A stretch of DNA of 64,000 nt from Mobula hypostoma (taxonomy: Eukaryota). This document shows, in pieces, positions 27,396 through 39,241 of this stretch. The stretch spans positions 44,456,001 to 44,520,000 of the forward strand of contig NC_086097.1 of the NCBI RefSeq assembly GCF_963921235.1. The letters are read 5' to 3'. Each line of letters opens with the position of its first letter. Positions within the stretch are counted from its first letter, which is position 1. The translations under genes were made by a program, and so were the position numbers. Below the pieces are notes generated by a model, which did not search any database, had not been told where the DNA came from, and saw only the letters and a list, made by a program, of their open reading frames with translations.

Positions 27396-27609
27396 TTAGT
27401 GCCAATAAGCAAGTGGCATTGAATTTAAAAGTTTAAAAGTAGAAAACTGGAACAGAAAAAAATAAGCAGATATTATCGAAATATGTTTTTTCTCTTTAAT
27501 TCACTTTCTGTAGCCGTTTCATTCTTGGTGCAGGACAGAAACAAATGAACATTTATAATAGGTATTTACATTCAAGGTGTTCACAGGCAAAGGCATTCTT
27601 ATTTAGTCC

Positions 27610-27910
27610 ATGGGGGAGCCTAGGACCAGAGGACACAGCCTCAGAATAGAGGGACGTCCCTTTAGAACAGAGATGAGTAGGAATTTCTTCAACCAGAGTT
27701 TGGTGAATCTGTGGAACTCCTTACCACAGACAGCTGTGGAGGCAAAGTCAATGGGTATATTTAAAGCGGAGGTTGATAGGTTCTTGATTAGTAGGGGCGT
27801 AAAAGGTTATGGAGAGAAGGCGGGAGAATGAGGTTGTCAGGGATAATAAATCAGCCATGAAGGAATAGCAGAGCAGACTTAATGGGCTGAATGGCCTAAT
27901 TGCTCCTATT
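27610..27910 (+). mobile_element. CR1 3' end fragment
   Basis: GEPRTRGHSLRIEGRPFRTEMSRNFFNQSLVNLWNSLP...; atgggctgaatggcctaattgctcctat tail. Confidence 0.85.
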
Positions 27911-28126
27911 CCTTAATCATTTTTCAGCATATGGGAGTCACTGACAAGACCAGCATTTGTTGCCCATCCCTAATTGGGAAGATAGTGGAAAGTCAGTGTA
28001 TTGAATCATTGCCACCTTTCTGGTAAACATATTCCTGCAGTGCTGTTGGCTGCGAGTTCCAGGATTTAGATTCAGATTGTGTATAAATCGTTGGGGAGTA
28101 AATTCAACATTGATCATTCACTTCTA

Positions 28127-28437
28127 TCAGTTCAATAGGTACATTTAATGTCAGAGAAATGTATACAATATACATCCTGAAATTCTCTTTCTTTGCAAAC
28201 ATTCACAAAAACACAGGAGTGCCCTAAAAATAATGAATGGCAGTTAAATGTTAGAACCCCAAAGCCCCTCCAGCTCCCCCTTCCCACGCACAAGCAGCAG
28301 CAAAGCAATAACCCCCCCCCCCCACCAAGCACTCAAACGTACAGCAAAGCATCAATAAAGTCACGGGCTTGCAGTACCCCAAAGACTACTCGTTCACCTG
28401 GTAATTCGACATATCACAGGCGCTGTCTCTCTCTCTA

Positions 28438-28506
<69 letters not shown>

Positions 28507-28985
28507 AATAAGGGAAGAAGAGATGTCCCCATTTCACAGTGAGAGGGGAGACATGACAAACAACTCACTGATAAATGATATTAAAAGTTGTGTCGTTTTT
28601 TTCGAGCCCTGCATCCAGAGAATCAGCCCCAGACAGGCTCGGGTCTTTGGGCACACAGCCAGCAGCAAACCCGCTGCTCCTGATGTTCCATGTTCTTCCA
28701 CGACACCGCAGTCAGGGGTACCAGCCTTCAATTAACCCATCTACAGAGCCACAAAAATCCGGCACCCTGGAGGTGTGCTAGTCTTCCAGGCCATGTCCTT
28801 GGCACATCAAAAAGCAGCCCATTCCTACAAAGAACCAAAGTCAGACTGTAACTCCAGGTCAGGTCTTCAAAAGAACCTTAAAAAGGAAAAAAAAAAGAGA
28901 TATCAAAGATAGAAATAGAGCTGTTTCTGAAGATACAAGCAAAGGTGTTGCCATTTAGCACCATCATCACTTTGCTCTGCCCTCC
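28127..28985 (-). mobile_element. Non-autonomous retroelement containing a (CT)n/(CTAT) microsatellite at 28426-28506; related copy in opposite orientation at ~31345-31680
   Basis: ttcaataggtacatttaatgtcagagaaat...catcctgaaattc at 28131 is the reverse complement of ~31622-31675. Confidence 0.65.
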
Positions 28986-29417
28986 AAATAGGTAACGTAT
29001 TAGAGAAGGTTCTTAGGGATAGGATCTACTCAGATCTGTAAAAGCATAGACATATTAGGTATAGTCACCAAAGCTTTGTGAGGGAGAGGATGTGCTTTGC
29101 AAACCTGAGTTTTCTCAGGAAGTGATGAAAATGTTTGATGAGGGTAGGACAGTGGATGTTACATGCATGGACCTTAGTAAAGCTTTCAGCAGGGTCTTCA
29201 TGGTAAGCTGATCCAGAAGATTAAGACATGGAATCCAGGGAGATTTGGTAGAATGGACTCAAAACCAGTAGGTAATTTGTACATGACATTATTTCTCCCC
29301 AAATATTAACTCCCCCCCCCACAACTACCCGTGCATTTAGCCTAATTAATAGGATGGAACGCAACCATGGCAAATAACCAAGGTAATATACAAACCACAG
29401 GAAAATTACCAGCTTAC

Positions 29418-29602
29418 CTCAGCAGTCCCCGCAGGGCAGCCTGCAAATAAAAAAGATCAAGTCTAGATGGCTTCAGGGCAGAGCTGCTGTGCCAAAATTG
29501 ACATTCAAAATTATGACGATTTCTGCATGTGCCAAAATAAACTGAACTGCATATAGCTACTGCTAGGACAGGCAATGCCATTCCTTAATAAAATCTGTCA
29601 AC
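29418..29602 (-). pseudogene. SLC25A47: SLC25A47 pseudogene, exon-4 equivalent (185 nt) with a stop and a +2 frameshift
   Basis: cccaacacag| VDRFY*GMALPVLAVAICSSVYFGTCRNRHNFECQFWHSSSALKPSRLDLF/[shift]AGCPAGTAE |gtaagc vs human VWGFYRGLSLPVCTVSLVSSVSFGTYRHC...KPTKADITLSGCASGLVR. TAA at 29585-29587; length not divisible by 3. Confidence 0.9.
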
Positions 29603-31773
29603 CTGTGTTGGGACAGGAAGAATGATTACTTTTGTTCATTTCATAGCTCCGATATTGCCATATACATATAAACTATGAATTACAAATATACTGACACAAA
29701 TATTTGTCTCATTTCTAATCCCATTCATGATCAACTTAGTTCAGTTTGCATTTGGTTAAATTTTCCAAACTCTGTAATGTACAGTATGTTGTTGAATGAA
29801 TCTCTTCCTTGTTTACTAACTAAATAAACGTTCCAACACATAAAGAGTTCAGTGAAAAATAAAAGAAACACAATGGATCAAATGAATGTTAGTCTTTAAA
29901 GCCAAAGGAGTAGAATAAAAAGGGGAGGATATTTTGCTACAACAATACAAAGACCCATTTAGACCACATATGTGGCATTTTTATACAGAACAACCTTGGA
30001 AGCCATGTTGATCAGATTCACCCAAATGCAACCAAGGCACTAAGGTTTAGATAATAGGATAGATCACCCAAATATTACTTGCACTCTGCAGAATATGCAA
30101 GGATAAAGACATTTGTTTCAAGATTTGATGATTTTTGAAGTGAATTGACCAAGTTTTTCTGCTGATGAGTAGAGTAATACCAGAGCAAGGGGATGCATAG
30201 AACGGGATTGTACTTAGTCCCTACTGTGCCGATGTTCACTCTTGTTCTTCCCTTCCCCAAGCTTCATACTCCTCCCCACTAAATCTTTCCACACCTCCAC
30301 AAATCCAAGCAGTGGCCCCATAAAGAACAGAAAATAGGTCTCAGGCAGCAGATGCCAGACTGCCACATCCTATTGATGGCTTCATCTGTCAAAGGTCTTT
30401 ACCATGATTTCCTGATGTCTTTGATAATCAGTTGAAATAAAATGCAAAATGTTTAAGAAAAAAATAAAAATACTTTTTTGTTCTAGTATAAAGACATTGA
30501 TGTTAAATCAAACAAAGAAACAGCCTTTTTCAATGCATGCCATTACCTTTTAAAATGAATGAGGTGGTGCTACTTACCAAGTTGTGCCTGCCATAAGGCT
30601 GATACAGAGTGTAATCTTCACTCATATCAGCAAGAGAGAGTTCCAGCCCAAGCTCAAAGTTCAACCAAGCAGCAGATTAGGAAGTGAGATAAATCCACAT
30701 CTGATCTTAAGCACATTCCTCCTTCTGCACCCATGCAGCAGAGAAGTCAGAACATGCTGACCTGTGAGGAGGTCCTCACTGATAATTCTTTTCCTAAATG
30801 TTGGCCCAGGCATGAGAAAAATCCAGATGCATTTCTTTTCTGGAAGAGATGTGGAATTGTCTCCCCTCCCCAACAAAAAAAGAAGCTACCTCAAAGAATT
30901 TAACTTCTGAGATCAATGTTTTGCCAGCCAGAAGTACGAAAGGGACACAGAGGAAGTGAAGGGAGTTATGTTTCACTGGATGATGGAACGTGCACAAGCA
31001 ACAGAGTGACACGTTCACACTGCTCTGTTCAAAATGTTCCACTTTAAAGGGAAAAAAAATAAAGAGGCAACTCAATTAAGCAAATCTAAGATCAATCTTC
31101 TTTAATTTGAAATAATTTATTTTTTGCAAAGGTTTAAAAAGCTGGCCATGATTAAATTTTCAGCTTTATTGTAGCTTGCAGTTATTTCAAAAGATGGCAT
31201 TGAAAATGATTTGAATTAACAAGACTCAAATTGAAGTCTATGCAATTTGTGATCAGTTTATTGATAAAGTAGTTTTATAGGGAAATCATTCTGTACCAGA
31301 CATTGTGCAGAACTATAAATGGTGATGATTAACTTCTGGAATTCCCTTGTGAAATGGGGACACCTCTTTTTTCTTTATTAGGGGGAGAGAGAGAGTCTGT
31401 GCTATGTCAAATTCCGGGTGAACGAGTAGTCTTTGGGGTACAGGAAGTCTGTGTCCTTATTGATGCTTTGCTGCACATTTGAGTGCTTGATGGGGAAGGG
31501 GGGTTCATTGCTTTGCTGCTGCGTGGGAGGGGGAGTTGGGGGTGCTTTGGGGTTCTAACATTTAACAGTCATTCATTCTTTGGGGCATTCCTCCGTTTTT
31601 GTGGATGTTTGCGAAGAAAAAGAATTTCAGGATGTATATTGTATAAATTTCTCTGACATTAAATGTACCTATTGAAACTTTCAACACAGTAACGTTCAAT
31701 AGCTCTGTTACTAAGCAATAAATAAAATGTTTTTGAACAGAATTTCTCCACACTTCACATTATATAGATTTAC

Positions 31774-31845
31774 CTTGACTCTCTATAAAGTTGATCAAAT
31801 ACAATGCCAAACTCCACTGTACGTGTGTTGTGTCTGAATTCTCAC
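31774..31845 (-). pseudogene. SLC25A47: SLC25A47 pseudogene, exon-3 equivalent (72 nt) with two in-frame stops
   Basis: atctcaccag| VRIQTQHTYSGVWHCI*STL*RVK |gtaaat vs human VRIQTEPKYTGIWHCVRDTYHRER; TGA at 31795-31797, TAG at 31783-31785. Confidence 0.9.
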
Positions 31846-31928
31846 CTGGTGAGATAACTGCTATTAACTGCAATATCATACATGTAACTATGGGCAACTT
31901 CCAGCAGTAATTCTAATAAATACATTAC

Positions 31929-31972
31929 CTTGATTGTATTCAAAGGATATCGCACAACTTTACCAAGTCCAC
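31929..31972 (-). pseudogene. SLC25A47: SLC25A47 pseudogene, exon-2 equivalent (44 nt)
   Basis: Minus strand: ...gcaaacacag|GTGGACTTGGTAAAGTTGTGCGATATCCTTTGAATACAATCAAG|gtaatg = (G)GLGKVVRYPLNTIK vs human GVCGVAVGYPLDTVK (recalled). The D of the carrier signature Px[DE]xxK is replaced by N. Confidence 0.85.
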
Positions 31973-32781
31973 CTGTGTTTGCAATGTAGATTTTTTAGCA
32001 GTGGATGCCTTTAATTACATTCTTATATTATTATAACATAATAAGTCATGAAATGTGTCAGCAATGATACATACACATTAATTTAATTTCTGTATTTTCC
32101 CTATATGCTGATAATAATGAAGAAACATATTAGCAAGATAATAGTCACAAGCATAATCAGATGGAATGCAAAAGAAAAAGTTTTGATTTCAGCTCTGAAT
32201 TCACACTTTAATATTCAGCAAAGGATCATGGAAAAATGAAGATTGGATGCATAGTAAGCCTTCTTTATTCAGCTCCAAATAACTTAGTTCACATTCTGAA
32301 CTTTTACTTTGGACTTGGTTTTGAATAGAATCTCCGTGCTACTGCAAGATTAGCCGAAGGTCCATCTAACATGCATGATGAAGTTCAAAAAATTGCATCT
32401 AAATGGCAAAAAATTACCAATTAATAATGCATTTTCAGTCCACATGATGCAGAGCAATCAGGTTTGGCCCAAAACATTGACTGCTTATTCATTTACATAG
32501 ATTAATTTACTCCTTGACCTGCTGAGTTCGTCCAGCCTTTGTGTGCGTTGCTCTGGATCTCTGCAGAATTTCTTGTGTCTAATCCAAGAACAACATTGGT
32601 TTAGTTCAATGCATTTTTAGCAGGCAAGTCTGGGACTGGGACAATTATGGCTAGCCCAAGGAGTGACTTAAATGAGGCCAGAGAGCCCAGGAAGGGATAG
32701 AGCTTAGTATGGTTTTTGCCTAGCAGCTTCAGCAACCTAGGTTGAACACCGACTTCCATTACTGTCTATTTGGAGTTTATA

Positions 32782-32909
32782 CACTAAATGGCCACTTTAT
32801 TAGGTACCAGAGTGGAACCTGGTGTCTTCTGCTGCTGTAGCCCATCCACTTCAAGGCACGCTATGTTGTGCAATTAGAGATGCTCTTCTGCACACCGCTG
32901 TTGTAATGC
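32782..32909 (+). mobile_element. Left end of a Tc1/mariner-type MITE inserted at TA in a SINE; its right end lies inside each array unit
   Basis: ta|cactaaatggccactttattaggtac at 32782 is the inverted match of gtacctaataaagtggccactgagtg|ta at 36175-36202. Confidence 0.8.
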
Positions 32910-35900
32910 TGTTGTAAATTACCTAGATCTCACTTTTTTAGATATCTACAGGTTAGAAACTTTTTAATTACTGTTTCTCCTAATTTTCCACACTTATATC
33001 CAATGGATATTTTGGAAAAAATTTTAGATTTAAATCTTTCTCAGAAAGGTGTTGTAGCAATTATTTATAATATAATTATGAATTTATGTCCTGATGTATC
33101 TAATAAAATTAAAACTGATTGGGAAAGAGAATTTTAGATTACTGTACCGATTAAAAAATGGGGAAAAAAATTCTTCAATTAGTTAGTTCATCCTCTATAT
33201 GTGCTAAACATGTGTTGATACAGTTTAAAGTAGTGCACAGGACTCAGATGTCCAAAGATAAATTATCCCGTTATTACTCTTATATAAATCCTACATGTGA
33301 TAGATGTCACTCCGAGATAGCTTCTTTAACTCACATGTCTTGGTCATGTCCTTTGTTGAAAAAATATTGGAAAGATATTTTTGATATTATTTCAACGGTT
33401 TTGAATATAGACTTACAACCTCACCCAATTACTGCTATTTTTGGGTTACCAATGATAGAATCAAATCATTTAACCTCTTCAGCTCGTCGGATGATTGCAT
33501 TTCTTACTTTAATGGCTAGAAGATCCATTTTGCTGAATTGGAAAGAGATTAACCCTCCTACCATATTTCATTGGTTTTCACAAACTATGTTGTGTTTAAA
33601 TTTGGAAAAAATTAGAAGTGTGATTTATGACCCTTCCATTAAATTTGAAAAGACTTGGAGGCCATTCATTCAGCATTTTCATATGATGTAATTTGACCAT
33701 TTCCAAACTTATTTTACTTTTCTGTAATGTTGGTTGAGAGGAACGGAGTTGTCGACACTAAGGTTTTCATTTCTCCCATTTTTTATGATGTTAAAACAGC
33801 CGAAGTCTTTTTTTTTTAGTTTAGTTGATTAATTCTGTTTAGATTAGTGTTTTTTGTGGGGGGGGGGGGTTATTTTTTTTTTACTTTTTAATGATTTTTG
33901 TTTAGATATTTTTCTTTGTTTTATATTATTCATTGCTATCCTATACGATTGGGAGTTTTATCATTTAAGTGTTATTTGGCTTTATAATCACTCATGTTAA
34001 TTATAACAACGTATTCCCAATAACTTTGTACTACTACCATGTCATGTTTATATCTTTATTTAACTAATAAAAAGATTGGAAAAGAAAGGGAAAAAAAGGA
34101 TACGGGGAGAATACATTAGGATTGGTGTAAGTGATGGCAGATGCAGGTTCGGTGGTCAAAGAATAGGTTTAATGCTATCTGACTATGCATCATGGTTGGT
34201 GTGATATATGCAAATTTAAATACATAGTTGTATAAGTGATTTAATACAAAACGTCTTTTGCTTATTGCACTTTGTGTGGTGCAACATACCATTTGTTTTT
34301 AAAAGAGTGGTAAAGGTTTAAACTCTCCCAATAAATCATAACGACTCAGCTCACTGTCAAATCTAGCTGTTAGCTGGAACATTGCCATTTTTCATCAACC
34401 AGAAAGAAATGCTAAGTAGAGGTATCGCCCAGATCTAATATATTTGCAATGTAATTTGGAACGCTGTCCTCTGATTTTCCTACCACCCACCTGGACTAGA
34501 GATCATTCAGACCACAGGCATGCATTTGCAATAGAGCATCCGAAAGCCAGCAACCAGTAAATCTGTGCAGTTTGGGAGCGTAACAGAGCACCAAGGGAAA
34601 CACAAATGGGCAGGGCAAGTATGAGCAAATTCCACGTAGACAGCACACAAGGCGAGCATTGAACTGAATTTGGGTTGCTGCAGCTATATCACCTGCTGCA
34701 TCGCTGTGCTGCACTCGGTGTTTCAATGGCCAGAACTAGACACAGCATTCAAGCTGTAGCAATGAATGACCAAAAGTATGAACGATAGATCAGTAGGCTA
34801 CATTTGATCCCTTTAAATTTATGTTCAACTTTCGAAGCGCAATATTTCAAGTTCAAACTAAATTTATTATCAAAGTATATATAAACGTTTTCAAGAGATA
34901 TTGAGGCCCTGGTTAAGAAAAAAAAAGGAGGAGCACAGCAGGTCTAGGCAGGTAGGAACAAATGAGGTGTTTATGGAGTATAAGAAATGCAAGAGTACGC
35001 TTAGGAAAGAAATCAGGAGGGCTAAAAGAAGGCATGAAGTTGCCCTAGCAGACAAGGTGAAGGAGGGATTCTACAGATATTTTAAGAGCAAAAGGATTAC
35101 AAAAGGCAAAATTGGTCCTCTGGAAGATCAGAGTGCGAATCCATGTGTGGAGTCAAAAGAGATGGGGGATATCTGAAATATTTTTCTGTATTTACTCAGG
35201 AGATGGACACAGGGTACTATAGAAGTGAGGCATAATGAAATCAACTTCATGGACCCTGTACAGATCACAGAGGAGGAGCTGGTTGCTGCCTTGAAGCAAA
35301 TCTGGTGGATAAATTCCCAGGGACTGACTGGTGTTCCCTTGGAACCTACAGGAGGCAAGTGCAGAAATTGCTGGGGCCCTAGCAGAGATATTTAAATCAT
35401 CCTTAGCAATAGGAGAAGTACCAGAGGATTGGAGGATAGACAATGTTGTTCCGCTGTTTAAGAAAGGATCTAAAAGTAAACCAGGAAATTATAGGCCGGT
35501 GAGTCTGACATCCATTGTGGGAAAGTTATTGGAAGGTATTCTAAGAACTAGATATACAAGTATTTGGATAGGCATGGACTGATTAAGCATAGTCTGCATG
35601 GCAAGTCATGTCTAACTAATCTTATAGTGTTTTTCAAGGAAATTACCAGGAAAGTAGATGAGGGCAGGCAGTGGATGTTGCCTACATGGACTTTAGCAAG
35701 GCATTTGACATTCTGCTGCTGTAGCCCATCCACTTCAAGGCACGCTATGTTGTGCAATTAGAGATGCTCTTCTGCTCACCGCTGTTGTAATGCGTAGTTA
35801 TTTGAGTTACCGCCACCTACCAGTTAGCTTGAACCAGACTGACCATTCTCCACTGAACTCTCTCATTAACAGGTTATTTTCGCCCACAGAACTGCAACTC

Positions 35901-36328
35901 ACTGGATGTTTTTTTGTTTCTCGCACCATTCTCTGCAAACCCTAGAGAATGTTGTGTGTGAAAATTGCAGGAGATCAGCAGTTTCTGAGATACTCAAACC
36001 ACCCTGTCTGGCACCAACAACCATTCCACGGTCAGTCACTTAGATCACACTTCTTCCCCATTCTGATGCTTGGTCTGAACAAACAACTGAACCTCTTGAC
36101 CATGTCTGCATGTTTTTATGCATTGAGTCACATGATTTGCTGATTAGATATTTGCATTAATGAGATGTGCTGGTGTACCTAATAAAGTGGCCACTGAGTG
36201 TACAGTATATTTTTGCTGCAACTACTTTGGATGCTTCATTTTTCTCTTACATTTAATAGCTGTCTGGTGTAGTAGATTAATTAGTTTCTATAAATTGTCC
36301 CTTTGCATATAAGGAGATGAGGATATGG

Positions 36329-37627
36329 CTCAACCTTCCACTATGGATCAAGCTTATTTACATTGGAAAATCAAAGGTACAGTACGATTTTGTGATTTAC
36401 TTTTGATAATTGTTTTATGTCCTTTGACCAACAATCTAATAAATATAAATTACCTAGATCTCACTTTTTTAGATATCTACAGGTTAGAAACTTTTTAATT
36501 ACTGTTTCTCCTAATTTTCCACACTTATATCCAATGGATATTTTGGAAAAAATTTTAGATTTAAATCTTTCTCAGAAAGGTGTTGTAGCAATTATTTATA
36601 ATATAATTATGAATTTATGTCCTGATGTATCTAATAAAATTAAAACTGATTGGGAAAGAGAATTTTAGATTACTGTACCGATTAAAAAATGGGGAAAAAA
36701 ATTCTTCAATTAGTTAGTTCATCCTCTATATGTGCTAAACATGTGTTGATACAGTTTAAAGTAGTGCACAGGACTCAGATGTCCAAAGATAAATTATCCC
36801 GTTATTACTCTTATATAAATCCTACATGTGATAGATGTCACTCCGAGATAGCTTCTTTAACTCACATGTCTTGGTCATGTCCTTTGTTGAAAAAATATTG
36901 GAAAGATATTTTTGATATTATTTCAACGGTTTTGAATATAGACTTACAACCTCACCCAATTACTGCTATTTTTGGGTTACCAATGATAGAATCAAATCAT
37001 TTAACCTCTTCAGCTCGTCGGATGATTGCATTTCTTACTTTAATGGCTAGAAGATCCATTTTGCTGAATTGGAAAGAGATTAACCCTCCTACCATATTTC
37101 ATTGGTTTTCACAAACTATGTTGTGTTTAAATTTGGAAAAAATTAGAAGTGTGATTTATGACCCTTCCATTAAATTTGAAAAGACTTGGAGGCCATTCAT
37201 TCAGCATTTTCATATGATGTAATTTGACCATTTCCAAACTTATTTTACTTTTCTGTAATGTTGGTTGAGAGGAACGGAGTTGTCGACACTAAGGTTTTCA
37301 TTTCTCCCATTTTTTATGATGTTAAAACAGCCGAAGTCTTTTTTTTTTAGTTTAGTTGATTAATTCTGTTTAGATTAGTGTTTTTTGTGGGGGGGGGGGG
37401 TTATTTTTTTTTTCCTTTTTCATGATTTTTGTTTAGATATTTTTCTTTGTTTTATATTATTCATTGCTATCCTATACGATTGGGAGTTTTATCATTTAAG
37501 TGTTATTTGGCTTTATAATCACTCATGTTAATTATAACAACGTATTCCCAATAACTTTGTACTACTACCATGTCATGTTTATATCTTTATTTAACTAATA
37601 AAAAGATTGGAAAAGAAAGGGAAAAAA
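36329..37627 (+). mobile_element. 5'-truncated L1/Tx1-group LINE 3' end (one per array unit)
   Basis: ORF2 C-terminus with CDRC-x8-H-x4-C knuckle (36689-37222), T-rich 3' UTR, aataaa and A-rich tail; TSD aggatatgg (36320-36328) / aggatacgg (37628-37636) inside a SINE. Confidence 0.88.
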
Positions 37628-38424
37628 AGGATACGGGGAGAATACATTAGGATTGGTGTAAGTGATGGCAGATGCAGGTTCGGTGGTCAAAGAATAGGTT
37701 TAATGCTATCTGACTATGCATCATGGTTGGTGTGATATATGCAAATTTAAATACATAGTTGTATAAGTGATTTAATACAAAACGTCTTTTGCTTATTGCA
37801 CTTTGTGTGGTGCAACATACCATTTGTTTTTAAAAGAGTGGTAAAGGTTTAAACTCTCCCAATAAATCATAACGACTCAGCTCACTGTCAAATCTAGCTG
37901 TTAGCTGGAACATTGCCATTTTTCATCAACCAGAAAGAAATGCTAAGTAGAGGTATCGCCCAGATCTAATATATTTGCAATGTAATTTGGAACGCTGTCC
38001 TCTGATTTTCCTACCACCCACCTGGACTAGAGATCATTCAGACCACAGGCATGCATTTGCAATAGAGCATCCGAAAGCCAGCAACCAGTAAATCTGTGCA
38101 GTTTGGGAGCGTAACAGAGCACCAAGGGAAACACAAATGGGCAGGGCAAGTATGAGCAAATTCCACGTAGACAGCACACAAGGCGAGCATTGAACTGAAT
38201 TTGGGTTGCTGCAGCTATATCACCTGCTGCATCGCTGTGCTGCACTCGGTGTTTCAATGGCCAGAACTAGACACCGCATTCAAGCTGTAGCAATGAATGA
38301 CCAAAAGTATGAACGATAGATCAGTAGGCTACATTTGATCCCTTTAAATTTATGTTCAACTTTCGAAGCGCAATATTTCAAGTTCAAACTAAATTTATTA
38401 TCAAAGTATATATAAACGTTTTCA

Positions 38425-39241
38425 AGAGATATTGAGGCCCTGGTTAAGAAAAAAAAAGGAGGAGCACAGCAGGTCTAGGCAGGTAGGAACAAATGAGGTG
38501 TTTATGGAGTATAAGAAATGCAAGAGTACGCTTAGGAAAGAAATCAGGAGGGCTAAAAGAAGGCATGAAGTTGCCCTAGCAGACAAGGTGAAGGAGGGAT
38601 TCTACAGATATTTTAAGAGCAAAAGGATTACAAAAGGCAAAATTGGTCCTCTGGAAGATCAGAGTGCGAATCCATGTGTGGAGTCAAAAGAGATGGGGGA
38701 TATCTGAAATATTTTTCTGTATTTACTCAGGAGATGGACACAGGGTACTATAGAAGTGAGGCATAATGAAATCAACTTCATGGACCCTGTACAGATCACA
38801 GAGGAGGAGCTGGTTGCTGCCTTGAAGCAAATCTGGTGGATAAATTCCCAGGGACTGACTGGTGTTCCCTTGGAACCTACAGGAGGCAAGTGCAGAAATT
38901 GCTGGGGCCCTAGCAGAGATATTTAAATCATCCTTAGCAATAGGAGAAGTACCAGAGGATTGGAGGATAGACAATGTTGTTCCGCTGTTTAAGAAAGGAT
39001 CTAAAAGTAAACCAGGAAATTATAGGCCGGTGAGTCTGACATCCATTGTGGGAAAGTTATTGGAAGGTATTCTAAGAACTAGATATACAAGTATTTGGAT
39101 AGGCGTGGACTGATTAAGCATAGTCTGCATGGCAAGTCATGTCTAACTAATCTTATAGTGTTTTTCAAGGAAATTACCAGGAAAGTAGATGAGGGCAGGC
39201 AGTGGATGTTGCCTACATGGACTTTAGCAAGGCATTTGACA
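38425..39241 (+). mobile_element. CR1 ORF2 fragment (one per array unit), cut at the array junction
   Basis: IRRAKRRHE...GEVPEDWRIDNVVPLFKKG...NYRPVSLTSIVGKLLE...; ends abruptly at the codons for MDFSKAFD. Confidence 0.9.

Noticed and set aside
30578..31075. Minus-strand long frame as a selenoprotein or read-through exon
   Set aside because: Interrupted by TAG and TAA as well as TGA; no recognisable homology.
29418..31972. Assignment to SLC25A29 or SLC25A45
   Set aside because: YPL.T.KVRIQT, WHC, SSV.FGT.R and KP...D residues, the exon sizes and the adjacency to the WARS1 3' end fit SLC25A47 better.
32297..32317. HNF4-like motif (minus strand AGTCCAAAGTAAAAGTTCA) upstream of pseudo-exon 2
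   Set aside because: Suggestive for a liver gene, but imperfect and short enough to be chance without conservation data.
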